The notes under the pieces were generated by a model. It was not told the DNA's origin, ran no database searches, and saw only the letters and a list, made by a program, of their open reading frames with translations. A stretch of DNA of 64,000 bases from contig MU054323.1 in assembly GCA_013239625.1 (NCBI GenBank), positions 18,618,819-18,682,818 of the forward strand. The letters run 5' to 3'. Every line of letters starts with the position of its first letter. Within the stretch, counting starts at the first letter, position 1. This DNA is from Lama guanicoe. Lineage: Eukaryota. The position numbers were made by a program, and so were the translations under genes. This document shows positions 49,711-62,965 of the stretch, piece after piece.

Positions 49711-52700
49711 TGGGCCTCTTGACTTGCTTCTCCCCCACACTGGCCTCAGCTGAGGCACAGTGGCAGCAAAAGCAGAAAGTGCAAAGGAACAGCAGCCGTG
49801 GTGGTGGTAATTCAAGGAGAAGGTGGGCCAACATGGAGCGCGGTTGTGGGACCTGAGGCCCCCATTATAGCCACAGTCGCACACCATCAATTCCATCTAT
49901 TCGCAAAAAAATAAAAAAATAAAAAAAGGGGAGCCACTGCTGAAATCCTGCAGCCTCTCGCCCATCGGGGAATAACTCAGTTTGGCCTGCTTTTGGCGGG
50001 ATCAACTGGAGACGCTGTAGGGTCTCCTCGGAAAGAGCACGGGCTCTAGTCATCTCATTTTCTTATGCTGCTGCCTGTTTTCATTGAATTAAGGAGGCTG
50101 ACCTTTAGCGAGAGAGTTTATTTTTTCTCTTCCCTTTGCTTAGCTTACTTATGATCCTAATGGAAACTGAAGATTTGATGGGAAAGAGGGCTGAGTTTTC
50201 ACTGAAGGCTAACATGCTGTTCCACTCCTTATGAAAAAATTACAGGCATAATTATAGATGCATAAGCCAAAATCCCTTTCAGATAAACCTAACCTCATGT
50301 AGGTGAGTAGGTGGGAACAGTAGGAAATAAAAGATATGCCCCAGAGAAATGTACATCAAAAAAGGATATCCCATTTACCAAGGAACTGAGCGAAACCTAC
50401 TGGAACCAAACCGAGCTTCCTGAGAAATTCTGAAGTTTGTGTCTCCCCACCTGTGAGCCCTTTGACTCCTGAACCCCAACAGTAACAAGCTAGTATTAGG
50501 GGCCCAGTTGGAGTATTTGATTCCCTTCTTTTAAAGGATTGTGAAATATCATTCAATATCATGAAATACGAAATGGAGCAAAGAGACAAAATGCGAATGG
50601 GGTCTTGGACTATGTGTCTAGGTAAATCCTAACTCACATGATTTTACCCCCTAGTTTTCTCTGTCAGTGTTAGAAATAGACATTAGCATTACTTTCCCAG
50701 GTATATTTCCACTGAGTGAAAAGAGAGGATATTTCTCTAATAGCCTTGCCCCAGGTGTTGGCATCACTTTAAATGAAGAAAAGGTCAGGGAACTAGGGGG
50801 CCATAAGCCACGCCACCCTTACAACATCTCTTTCTGCTTTCACAGCAGCCTTCCCAGCCTTGGATATTTTCAATCCATGACTGATGGTTTCATTGGATGT
50901 TACGTACTTTGTCACATAAACGAATGAGCTCCAGGAAAGGAGCGCCATAAACAAAAGGTTTTGTGTGCACCAATTGGTATCTACCGCTACATGCAAATAT
51001 ACACACACACCCAAACACGTATATGCTCTCATTTTACATAGCCAGGAAATACAAGTCAGTTTCAACTTTCAGCTTTAGTATATAAAAGATCCCTTCTTAT
51101 TTCAACTCATTATAAACTTGAAGTGAAATTTGAGGCCAAACAGAATGCTTGGAGCCTACTGGTCCTCACTCTAATAGCAGTGATAAAAAAGAGTCCAACT
51201 ATTTTTATTGGAGCTGGTGTAGCATTTAAATGTATTCTCGTGCATGATAATAATAGTCATTGCATACAACAGTAGAAATAAAATCCATCCACAAAGAAGG
51301 TACTAGGTGGAGCAGGTGCATGTCCTTTATAAAGGGCTCTGGGGAGAATCCTATAAAGGCTTTAACTTCTATTTTTAGGATGACAGATATTTGCCGATGG
51401 AAGGATTTTTCTTCTTTCTTTCTTACCTGTCATTTTATTTTCAGATATTAGCAACATCTGCGATATTTTCTCCAGTTAGTTGATGCTATGATCCATATGG
51501 CAGATTGAATACAATGCCTGTCAGTTGCCTAAATCCTCCCACGGAAAAGTAGTTTTGCACACACCTCCTTATGTATCATCCTAGCTCATTTCTTTTTCCA
51601 GATAACAGATCTGTGAAGCTAAATGAAGCTGGAAGCTCTCACTGCTGTCCTGAACTAGTGACACTGGACTCCTCCCCAGGGAACCAGCTGCCTCTATCTA
51701 AAATACACTTTTAGGTGAGTCTGTGGGACGTCTTTGCTAAATAGAAGGGTTCTTAGTAGAATGCATTAGTGTCTTAACAAGAAGCTATTGGCCTTGCATG
51801 TGCAGGACAAAATTAAGGTTCACGCAGCATCATAAATGAAGGTCAGGGGTGCTCCAACGTGGAGATGTGGGAACATTCTTTTCTTCGGCATCTTGCTGTT
51901 GCCAGGCTAATAATAGTCAGGGGAGAGGGCAACTACTAAAGAGGTTTTATTTTCCTTCCTTGGTAATGGCTGCATATGACCTTGAGTGTGTGTAGATGGG
52001 CAAATGGCTGGAAATCTGAACCCAAAATAAATTTTCCTTGGTTAATATTTTAATTAGAAATCTAAATTATTCATTTATAAAGAGAAATATACCATTTTCA
52101 AGATCCCTTCTTTTCTGTGTTCCTTCTTTAATTAAAAAAACTAAAAATATCCCCAAAACTTAGCCTTTATCTTTTAATCTAATTCATACCTGCTCCTCTT
52201 GGCAGGGAAAGTGAGATCAGTGACAGGGTGTCAAATGTGACAAGATGGTACCAACATTAAGGTGTAGTGACAAGGAGAGTGGGAGAGAGGGCTGGGGTCA
52301 AAGGGAGATAGAACTAAGGAGAATAGCATAGAACAGAGCAGAAAAGTTGCCACTTTTTTTCCAACAAGTATATATCAGATGGTTGGCAGGTACTGCCTTT
52401 AATGTTGTTCTACAAAGCGCTATAAAATCCACTCATGGTTCTTACAAAGGCAAGACGTCTTTGTTGCCACAGCACCCCGTTGGTATTTCTGTAACCACTT
52501 AAGTAATACTGTACGATGTGTGGGGTTGCCTATCTTGCCCAGTAAACCACTGGCATCAGTGGCCTTTGGTTTATGCATCTCTATCCAGAGCCAGCAGAGA
52601 GCCTGACACATAATAATCACCTAACAAATGTTTATTAAACTGTCTATTTAAAAATTGTATCAGAATGAGCCATTCTGCTAGAACTCTAGAGGTAAGAGAG

Positions 52701-52879
52701 CATAGATCAAGACCTCAAGATTCCAAAGTATGGGGCTGTCCCCGAGGCAGGTCTTGCTTTGGATGAGAATGTTCTCTGTAAGATTGGGCAGAAGGTTTGG
52801 GAAGGAAGCGTACTTGCTGTTCAATGTCAGGAAACAGAAATGAAGCATCACAGAGAAAACACAAGAGTTTATACAGTAA

Positions 52880-53690
52880 GGGAGAGAAGAGAGTGCATCT
52901 GGGAGGGTAGAATGGTCCACTTCATGTGCAGACGGTTGGGGAAAGACAGACTCGAGAAGACGATAATAGGAAGGGGGATCCTGGGGGCTCAGACAAGACT
53001 CCTCAGTGGGAGGATAACGTGGGCGGTACCAATGTGTAGCCATCCATTTCAGAGGCCGTTCACTGCTGTCTACATGTACATGGCACATATGTTGTAGAAA
53101 TTGATCAGAAGGTGGTATATGAAACTGACCAGTCTGAAGTTGACGCCTACCATTTGTATAATCTATGTTTGTTTGTGGATGGGAAGAAAGTGGGTAGACA
53201 TGGCCATAAAGAGGGTATTGGGAGAGAGAAATTGAACTTGGATCCATATGTATTATAGTGCAGGAACACATCTTTCACCACGTCAAATTTTTCTCCCAAT
53301 CTGGCCAGTGTCTATATATTTGTTTCCATGTATATTTAGTTATAGTCTCCAAGCCATTTTTCCATTTCATCTCCTTTGCCAAATTAAAAACAAAACTTTC
53401 TCTCATTTCTTGAAATACAGTTTGAACTAACATAAAACTATAAAAAAAAAACTCTGTCTGATTTTCCCTAATATAGATATTTTTATTTTTCTAATTTTTA
53501 CAGTTTTATTTCTTTGCTTTTCAGAAGTTCCGTTTTTTTCCCTTATATAACACTAAAATCCTTTCAGTACCTTTCTTTTTATGATAAAATTATAAAGCAT
53601 TCACTTTGGTTCAGAAAATCACATTTCTACTGAAAGCACTCTGAACTGTATTATCTCTTTATCATTAAGTTACCTTTTTAACAATGTAGA
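52880..53690 (-). mobile_element. Very old L1 (L1ME-like) fragments
   Basis: Antisense ORF2-like ttgaacttggatccatatg and T-rich 'ttatataacactaaaatcctttc'; highly degenerate, mixed orientation possible. Confidence 0.35.
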
Positions 53691-53795
53691 CCAGTAGGAG
53701 ACAAGATGTGAAAATAAATTCTTCCTTTCTTCAAGGGAAGTTAGTAACTGGCATTCCTACAATGCAATCAGGATGGTTAAAAAAAAATGCTAACA

Positions 53796-54283
53796 CAAGT
53801 GTATCTCATTTTAGTGTGCTCCATCTTATTGCCCTTCACACATACTGCTTTTTTACAATAAATAGTTTTTTATTATTTGTATGTTTGTGGCAACCTTGCA
53901 ACGAGTAAGTCTATTAGCACCATTTTCCCGGCAGCATTTGCTTTGTGTCTCCCTGTCAAGTCTTGGTAATTCCAACAATATTCCACAGTTTTTCATTATT
54001 ATTATTATATTTGTCATGGACATTTGTGATCTTTTGTATTATACTGTCAGTCACAAGGCTCAGATGATGGTTAGCATTTTTAGTAATAAACTATTTTCAA
54101 ATTAAGGTATGTATGGTTTTTTAGACATAAGTGTATTGCAAACTTAATAGACTACATTATAGTTTAAACATAACTTCTGTATACACTGGGAAACCTGAAA
54201 ATTGGTGTGAGTTGCTTTATTACGGTATTTGCTTTATTGTGGTAGTCTTGAACTAAACCTGTGATTATACTGAGGTGTGTCTG
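53796..54283 (+). mobile_element. Tigger1 internal-deletion derivative (~490 bp; Tigger1a-like)
   Basis: Left end caagtgtatctcattttagtgtgctc...gtttgtggcaaccttgc; right end ggctcagatgatggttagcatttttag...tgaggtgtgtctg. Confidence 0.88.
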
Positions 54284-56449
54284 GAAAGTACCGTGGACTG
54301 ATTTTAGATCAAATGCAATTAAGTTTTGGGGAGGAACAAGGCATCTTACAGGGTAAATCTTAAGATCTTATTTCTGAGTATCTTAGGAGCATAGATAGTA
54401 CCTTGAGGACAAAAACACGGTGAAAGGAATTTTGGTATCCTCCATGAATGTGCCTGGCACTGCAGTAACCTAAAGAACCACTTCCTGAATAAAAAATTTA
54501 ATGAGATTTGTCCTAGTTTTAAAGCCTCAAATTTGTTCTTTTTCCTAACTCTGTTCATTTTATCCGTTGTTCATTATCAATTGGTTTCTGATCGAAAAGA
54601 CTTGGAAAACAGTAAGAATTGATTTTCTTCAATTAATTTGTGCTCTATCTTGTTTGAATATTTTAGGAAATAAAAAGTTTGAAAATTATTTCACATTTAA
54701 TTAATATTCATTTTTCAAAATGAAACAGAAATCTATTTTATTTGGCTTAGGGCAGATCTTAAACTTTTTAACAATGGAATTCAGCCTCAGAGGTAAAATT
54801 TTGAATGGACAATTCTTGTCCCTAATTTTTGAAATACATAATTTTATGTATTTTAAACGAACAGCCAACTTCAACATTTTTTCACATTCTTTAAAATATA
54901 ACGATATAATTTCCTTAAATAACTGTTCTCATTCTTTTGGTATGGTCTGTTTGACGTAAATCTTTTCTTGCTTTATCCTCATTTGTGAAATGATCATTAT
55001 TATTGCCGTTAGTATTAGTGTTTTTAATTCATTTTATGTGAAAGCTCCCATAATTCTCATAGGATTCATGTGAACAGAAATGAATGAATAAATACATCAA
55101 AATGCATTCATTCAGTATTTTAAAAATTGCTAAGAGCATCTTTGGGTGCAGTCATCCTTAATGAGTGTCTAAATGGCAATGAGATCAGAATGTCATTGTA
55201 GCCAGCTCTTTGGGAATGCCTTTTCTACATCTTTAACTATTTATAGCAAAGCTCTCTGCTAGTTTCTCATGTCTTATTTGAACACTATTAAGATAAGCGG
55301 AAGAACTATTTAATTTTTTTAACTTTCAGATTTTAGTATTGAGAAGCCTTTATCTAATCTAATTGTGGCATCAAAAATACTCAAGCACTTTTTATGTTAA
55401 ATTTTAATATGGAAAAGTAAACTGATGAGAATAAAAAGCACTGTAATAGTTGAAAAACCCCAGAAAAAAATATGTCAGAAGCAGTTCTCTTTTGATTTCT
55501 CAACAAGTTTTTTTTTTCCTAGTTTAGTATTTTATTTCCTTTTTTTTTACAAAGATTCCTCATATATTTGCTGCTGCTGGACACTCCGTTACCGTGCTGA
55601 TACTTGCCACAGTGCAAAGACCAAATGTCACAATCTTGCAATACATGAATGCATACTACAACTGATAATTTGAGAAATAGCCAATTAATAATGGGTTCAA
55701 TTAATACAATGAAAGTTACTAAGCTCTGACTACGCTTACAAATCTAGATTAGGTATCATTTGATATATATATAAAGATACAGCCAATGGCCTTTGTCTGA
55801 AGAAGCTGCTCACTTTGATTCAAAGAAGAGAAAGTGGATTCATATGGAATGTGACACACGCTGTGTCAATGATAATAATAATAAGGCTGCCTGGTGTTTA
55901 GGTGCAGGGCAGGCAAGACCTATGTTGTGTCTGACATGGTGAGGCCAGCAGTGGGACCTGAATTGCATCTGTAGGAAGAAATAGCTTTGTGCAGATGGGA
56001 AGTGTGGTGGAGAACATTCTGGGCTGGAAGAAAAGTATGAGTAAGGGCAGAGTGATGGGAATGTAGGTGACAGGTTTGTGGGGCTGTTTGCATTAGTATC
56101 CTTGGAGAAGAGGATGTAAGTACGTGTATATACATATGTGTGGAGGCAGATGGAGTGCACTGGAATATTGGGAAGAATCAGTGGGTGTTTATGGAAGCTA
56201 GGAGGGTCCGCTGGATCTTGCATTTTATGCTGAACCTCAGTCTAGAGATACTACTAAACCTTTTAGGACTTCTGAGCTGAACAGTTGTCTTATATGAAAG
56301 AGTTTCGTGTAATATTAATCTGACACAGTTTTGCAGATTGCTTTGGAAAAGGAAGACAAGAGAGCTCAGTGAGGAAAATATTCCATAATCCAGGCACAAC
56401 AGACAACAGACCGAAAATAGCATGGCACAGTGGGAAAGACAAAAATTCT

Positions 56450-56680
56450 ACAGGGTGGTTTTTAGATTTTCAGTTCAAGGCAAAGCAGGGAGCTATCTTA
56501 TGAAATTTGTCAGCTGTTTTTAAAGGTAGTGTTTCCATTTTCTTTTTGCCAGTCTGCCTGTTTGTATTCTGACCTGATATTCTGATAGAGAATGTATTTT
56601 GGGATTGTCCTCTATGTCTTTCATCCTTGCTACAAAGGACTGGTCCAGTGATGATTGTGATGTCTGTGAAACTCTTAGCT
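56450..56680 (-). mobile_element. Possible ancient RTE-clade LINE (L4-like) fragment
   Basis: Minus-strand GTAGCAAGGATGAAAGAC (VARMKD) and ATCCCAAAATACATTCTCTAT (IPKYILY) resemble the RTE WxGHVxRMxDxRxPKxIL motif. Confidence 0.35.
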
Positions 56681-56814
56681 AATCTGAGGACAAAGAATCA
56701 AGCCTGGATGAAGAAAAATAGGTTTGTCTATCTGGATGTTGCAAAATATTCCATTGTTATTGTTAGTGATTTTAAAACCGATTGGGCCACACATATTATA
56801 ATTTAACTCCCAAA

Positions 56815-57030
56815 GTTTGTGAAGTTCAAAAGCTCTGAAGTAAGTACCTGTGTTCAATCCCAGATTTACCCTATTTTATGGGTGACTTTGGACAAGTCAT
56901 TTAACCTCTAGGTTTTCCCATCTCTAAAACTGCCAGGATAACAATATCCTGTGAAAACTGAATGCAATAGCATGTATATAGGATTTCATACTGTGCCACA
57001 CATATATTAAGTACAATGATTATTACCAAT
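56815..57030 (+). mobile_element. MIR SINE
   Basis: gctctgaagtaagtacctgtgttcaatccc...gggtgactttggacaagtcatttaacctct...catctctaaaac. Confidence 0.8.
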
Positions 57031-57101
57031 TATTAACTTTCTGAAAGTTTCTTTTTTGCTTTTATGTAAAATAATTTTGCTTTTCATACAAATCCAACTA
57101 T

Positions 57102-57932
57102 CATAGTCCATCCCCTTTATCTGCAGTTTTGCTTGCTGGGGTTTTAGTTACCTGAGGTCACTGCAGTCTGAAAATACTACATGGAAAATTCCAGAAATAA
57201 ACAATTCATAAGTTTTCAATTGCCCATCATTCTGAGTAGGATGGTGAAATCTCACACTGTCTGGCTCCATCCTGCCTGGGATGTGCAACATCCATTTGTT
57301 CAACTTATCCCTGCCCATCAGCCACTTAGTAGCCATCCTGGTTACCTGGTATCAGGAAGACTCGTGGTATCACAGCACTCGAGTTCACGACACCCTTATT
57401 TTACTTAATAATGGGCCCAAAGCACCAGAGTAGTGATGCTGGCAATGTAGATATACCAAAAAGAAGCCACAAAGTGCTTCCTTTATGTGAAAAGGTGAAT
57501 ATTCTCAATTTTAATAAGGAAAGAAAAAATCATATTCTGAGGTTGCTAAGACTTATGATAACAATGAATTGCCTATCCGTGCTCAATTGTGAAGAAGGAA
57601 AAAAAAATTTGTGCTAGTTTTGCTGTCAGCCCTCAAACTGAAAAAGTTATGGCCACAGTGCATAAGTGCTTAGTTAAGAAGGAAAAGGCATTAAATTTGT
57701 ACGATAAGGTATTTTGTGAGAGACTGCATTCAAGTAATTTTTATCACTATTGTTATTTTTATATTAGTTATTGTTGTTAATCTCTTATTGTGCCTAAGTT
57801 ATAAGTTAAACTTTATCATAGATATGTGTATATAGGAAAAAATGTGGAATATGTAGGGTTTGGTACTGTCTATGGTTTCAGGCATCTACCATGTGTCTTG
57901 GAATATATCCTGAGCCAGTTAGGGGACTACTG
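57102..57932 (+). mobile_element. MER44-family (Tigger7-derived) DNA transposon
   Basis: TIRs catagtccatccccttt / aggggactactg|ta; CENP-B-type HTH remnant MGPKHQSSDAGNVDIPKRSHKVLPLCEKV...KKEKKICASFAVSPQTEKVMATVHKCLVKKEKALNL. Confidence 0.9.
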
Positions 57933-58547
57933 TAGCGTTCCTGTTGAGTATGTAATTATTGATAACCAGTCTCTAAATTATTTTTTAAATTATGTTAGTT
58001 ACTTCTGAATCAATAACTTCCTAATATCACTTTATTTCTATGTAATGTTGATAAAACATATACTAATTAATTAATCCAAATTAACAACAGGATATGGAAA
58101 GATACCATTTGATTCAGTTCATGAAACATTCATTGAAAATGATGTACTGTGTTGTATATGTTATGATCCTTGATCTCAAGGAGTTTGTAAGCAACTAAAT
58201 AGACACATATGTAAATAATCATTGCAGTGTAGTGCCATAAGTCCACTGCTAAATATTGGCATAAGGAATAGGGTTAGCACAATTAACTATCTTGGGAAAC
58301 AAAAATGGCTTTGCAAAAGAATGACCTGCAAATTATGTTTTTTAGCCATTAATCAACTGACTGTCAGAATTATATTTGTTCTATAGAATATTGTGGGGTA
58401 GAAGTTGGAGAGGAAGTACATTAGTAAAGCATGGTTGCCCAGGCAATATGATACATTCAGAACACTATTTCCAAAGTGCTGAAGCAAAAATCTGAAGCTA
58501 GGAGAATAAAAAGAATAAGGCTTCAGGCTGAGAGACAAGGTATAGAC

Positions 58548-58875
58548 CAGTGCTGTCCAATAGAAATAAGATGTTAGCTACATATGTAACTACATTTTCT
58601 AGTAGCTAGCTTAAAAATAAAAAGAAATAAGTGAAATGGATTTGATAACATATTTTACTGAAATATGGTAGTATATCTAAAGTATGAAGTATATCTAAAC
58701 TATTACCATTTCAACCTGTAATTCATATAGAGATATTTTATCTTTTAAAAAATATGAAGTCTTCAAAATCCATTATATATGTCACATTTTATAGTGCATC
58801 TCAAATTGAACCAACCACATTTCAGGTGATTAATAGCCCCATGAGGTTAAAGGCCACTATGTTGAAGGGTACAGG
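58548..58875. mobile_element. MER33-like hAT-Charlie MITE
   Basis: cagtgctgtccaatagaaat...ttttctagtagc...gcatctcaaattgaaccaaccacatttcaggtgattaatagcccc. Confidence 0.85.
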
Positions 58876-59852
58876 GCAGATTTGGATCATGAGAAGCTTG
58901 AACTCTCTATTGAGGAATTTCGACTATTGACCTTTGATGATATGTAAAGTCTATTCACCTGGTGAATGTCAAAATTATATTTTCTCTATAACGTACTGAG
59001 AATGTTGATGGCTAGAAAAAAATATTTGGCCAGGAGACATGGAAATATTTGTATTCTGCTGTTGATCAATCTGCTCTAGTCATAATGTCTCTAAGGAAGG
59101 AAAAGAGACAAAGACATACTTAAGGACAAGATGGGATTTTTGCCCCACTTCTGCAGAGAGGACATAGGGAGCTTGGCTGGACACCATGGAGATGCAGGAT
59201 GCCATTACCAAAGTCAGATCATACTGAATGGCTAGAAGTAAAACAGTCTCAAAGGTCAGTTTAGGTACTTCCACATCAGAGCTGGAGCTTAGATCTCACT
59301 ATTCCGTAATGAGAAGACAGGTGAACACATGCACTAACAAGGAGCACTGAAGGAAAGAATCAGGTCAGAGAGGGTTGGGCTTGAGGGGAGGAGTGGGCTA
59401 TTGTCAGGGTTCTAGTCTTTTTAGAGAAAACATCTTAGGTGAAAAAGATTAGTGTCTTAAGTGAGAAAGATACTAGAGTCCGCCCCCTACCACCTCCCAG
59501 TATCTTACCATTTAAGCTATGTGCTCCAGATCACTCAACTCTTCTCCTAATGTATGGAGAGAAAAATAGTTCAAAGAACCACATCATGTATCTATCAACT
59601 TGGTATCTGACATGATGTCTTCAGGTTTAGCATAATGGCCAAGAAATTGTCATTATTTAGACACTGTAAAGAATAGTGCCTTGGAGTACAGAGATGGGAT
59701 GATTTGACCCATTCTTGGGAAAGAAAAGATAAAACTTCTAGGAAGAATGTTGAAACTCCACCCCAGGGGCCAGTATAAATTTCTACATACATTTCCAGAT
59801 ATTCAAAGAATTTGGGATTAAGTATTTCTTGGCTTCAAAGGGTGAGAGAAGC

Positions 59853-59885
59853 ATTATTATTATTATTATTATTAATAATAATAAT
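59853..59885. repeat. (TTA)n-(TAA)n microsatellite with inverted junction
   Basis: Direct read. Confidence 0.9.
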
Positions 59886-60045
59886 TTTTTTTATTTTGCT
59901 TCACCAAATGGTGCAGCATACTAGTTATAAGCTAGAAAGGTCATACATCTTGTTTTGTATACAGTAGTTCTAGTTTTTTCCCCTACTCCTTCTCCCCAGC
60001 ATTCTATTTTTTTGCATTTATCACATTTAGAAAATAGTAAGTTAT

Positions 60046-60519
60046 AGCAGCACTATTTACAATAGCAAAGACATGGAAACAACCTAAATGTCAATTGACA
60101 GATGACTGGGATAAAGAAGCTGTGGTATATATATACAATGGACTACTACTCAGGCATAACAAAGAAAGAAGTAATGCCATTTGCAGCAACATGGATGGAC
60201 CTAGCGATTATCATATTAAGTGAAGTAAGTCAGACACAGAAAGACAAATATCGTATGATATCACTTTTATGTGGAATCTAAAAAAAATACAAATATTATT
60301 ACAAACCAAAAATAGATTCACGGACATAGAAAACAAGCTATGGTTACCAAAGGGGAAACGGTTGGGGGAGGGATAAATTAGGAGTTTGGGATTAACAGAT
60401 AAACACTACTATATATAAGATAGATAAACAACAAGGACTTACTGTATAGCACAGGGAACTGTATTCAATTTCTTAACATATAATAGAAAAGAATATGAAA
60501 AAGATGTTTGTATATATTA
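60046..60519 (+). mobile_element. 5'-truncated young L1 (ORF2 end + 3'UTR) lacking the normal 3' terminus
   Basis: gcagcactatttacaatagcaaagacatggaaacaacctaaatgtc...; TSD AAAA(T/A)AGTAAGTTAT at 60031-60045 and 60520-60534. Confidence 0.92.
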
Positions 60520-61099
60520 AAAAAAGTAAGTTATCAGGAGTTACAGTAAAATAAGTCAGAATGAATTTATTACTCTTTGGCTTTGTACTTCTAGCCTCTG
60601 TCATCGCTCCATCTAATAGTGTTTGATATGCTTGGATAGTAAATAGAATTTTTAACTTTAACAGATTATTAAATCTTAAAGAAGACTAGTAATAACCCAT
60701 CCCTCCTACTCCCAAACCTTTATAGAATTAATTAAACATGTCTCTTCTTGGTATTAGCCAGTAGAGACTCGTTGATAAGCCAAAGTGTATGTTGACAGGA
60801 AAAGCTAGGGAGCGGTTTGTCTTTCTGTTTTCATTTCATAATGGAAAAAAGTACCCAGTGCTGCTGTTTCTGCCATCCACTTTGTGCCAAAGCCAGTTGT
60901 CCTGAGGCCTGTGTCTTTCAAGATGCACGAGGCCTCCAGGCAACCAGTTAGTAGGGCCAGTGGAAAATAGGGGAACTTACAAGCCATTTATATGTGAATA
61001 TGTATAGGAAACAGAGACTGAATAGTTCACCATGGCATTTATAGAGAACAGTTTGAAATATAGTATTTTTGTCATGTAAAATTACAATATTTGCTTTTT

Positions 61100-62450
61100 T
61101 CTTTTTAAAGGATACTATTTAAAGCAGCAATGAGCTCAAAAAATGAAAATGCTTGTGAAATTAAAAAAAAATAAGTGCTACATTTGCATTGCTAATGGTA
61201 GCTGATTAATACTAAATTGAACAAATTATTTGTCAACGTTTACCATTCTTCATGAGGGCTGTGGTGATGTCACTGGACACATAACAAACAAGAAACAAAT
61301 TTGTTGAATTAAGCATTTCCAAAGTTAACCATTGTTTTAAGGGGACTTACCAAGACAGTAATTTTACACATGGAGCTGAAGGAGGTGCATTTTCATATCA
61401 CAGTATCATTTTTCATTTAGATCAAAGAATTTTAAAATTAATTTCATTAAATTCTAATGTCAAGTTTTCTTGTGCATGTTTGAAAAGTGTTAGCATATTA
61501 GTTCCATTAGCAGAAAAACTTGGCAGTGTTAAACAATGTCAGTATTATATCAGTGTCATCTAATTCCAAAGGGAAAATAAATTAATTTCAAAAATAATTT
61601 AATTTTTAATCCAATTTATAAAATCCAAGTGATGCTTTGGAACTTCATTTAATTAAAAAAGGTGAAATATTTGACAACTGTTTAGGTGCAATTGCTAATT
61701 TTTGAAAATGACACTTCTAAATTTTGGTTGCATTTGTTTTGAAATTTTGGAAATCTTAAACTGAAGGATTCAATGAATAGAGTGCCAAAAATGTTCAACT
61801 TTTGAAGCTTTAGTGAATTGCAGTTTTTGAAAATAAAGCACACAAGAACATATTGAAATATATCCGTACAAAAATAAGGAGAAATGGAACAAACTAAACA
61901 CAGAAATCAGTGTATAAAATTTAACATTAAAATTGCTCTCTGTGTTATATCTTGACTTTGGGGAAAATGTATGAAGGGAGCTCATAGTTTTCATTGGGTC
62001 TTGTCTATTCAGAGAAGACCTTTGATATTGTGGCACCTAAATTTTGCTAAATATTCATTTGATGAGTTTTGACTTGTAAATATACCTGTCAAAACTACTT
62101 TGAATGGAGGTAAGTGATACTACATGTGACCATACTTGAGCTAAAAATTTTATGAATTTCATTAAAAACTGAATTGAGGATATTCCTTTTTTGGCACAAT
62201 TTGCTCTGAGATTACCAGGTATCTCAGCACCCGCAGTGAGTGTATTTGCAATAAATACTGTTACACTGTTCAGAGAGGAGTCAGTTGAGGATGTCGACAA
62301 TTTCAAATTCATTAACTATAAAATGAGTCATTAGAAAGATTGTACCAAGTTTATGAAAAGTTAAAAATAGCAAAACAATACTAAAAATATGTGTTTTAGG
62401 AAAAAGTCCCAATGTTATAATGTACAGGAGATACAGCTAAAAAATTGATT
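61100..62450 (+). mobile_element. Decayed hAT (BlackJack-like) transposase
   Basis: AQFALRLPGISAPAVSVF at 62194-62247 (hATC LPxTSAxVERVFS-like), then SERSQLRMSTISNSLTIK; upstream gctgaagg..ttttcatatcacagt (AEG..FxYHS-like). Confidence 0.7.
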
Positions 62451-62754
62451 TAGAGGAACTGTGATTCAGTGACAGGATTAGTCTTCTTATATATTTTTAA
62501 AATGTATTTTTGATTAATATAGATAGCATTGTATTATATTTGCTATTTATATTAATACGTATTACTTTTATGATATATATGTTATTTTTATTTTTAGAAA
62601 GAATTTTATCTGTGAAAATTATTGAAGATATCATTTTATATCTAACAACATAATAAAACTGTTTTTCTATCAAAAACACGTAAACCATTGAACAGTTTTA
62701 TTCCTTTTAATGCATCTGTTTGCCTTCAAAATTGTACTGATTCTTATTCAAAAG

Positions 62755-62965
62755 ATAAGGGAAATGTCTGGAGCCCAGCTTTCTGGGCCTTTTATTGTGC
62801 TCTGCCTCATACTAACTTTGAGAAGTTCAGTAGTTACTTAAACTGTTTAAACTGCCTCAGTTTCCTCATTTATCGAATTGGAGATATAACAACACAAATC
62901 TCCTGGAGTTGTGAGGGTTAAATAAATGAGCAACTAATTGAAGGTTAGTTACCATCATCATCATC
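62755..62965 (+). mobile_element. MIR SINE
   Basis: tctggagcccagctttctggg...agttacttaaac...gcctcagtttcctcattt...gagttgtgagggttaaat. Confidence 0.8.

Noticed and set aside
52678..53271. 197-aa ORF, longest in the window
   Set aside because: No recognisable domain, overlaps decayed repeat-like sequence and lacks splice support
57411..57780. Domesticated TIGD/CENP-B-like gene
   Set aside because: Frameshifted HTH fragment inside a TIR-bounded MER44 element with no DDE domain
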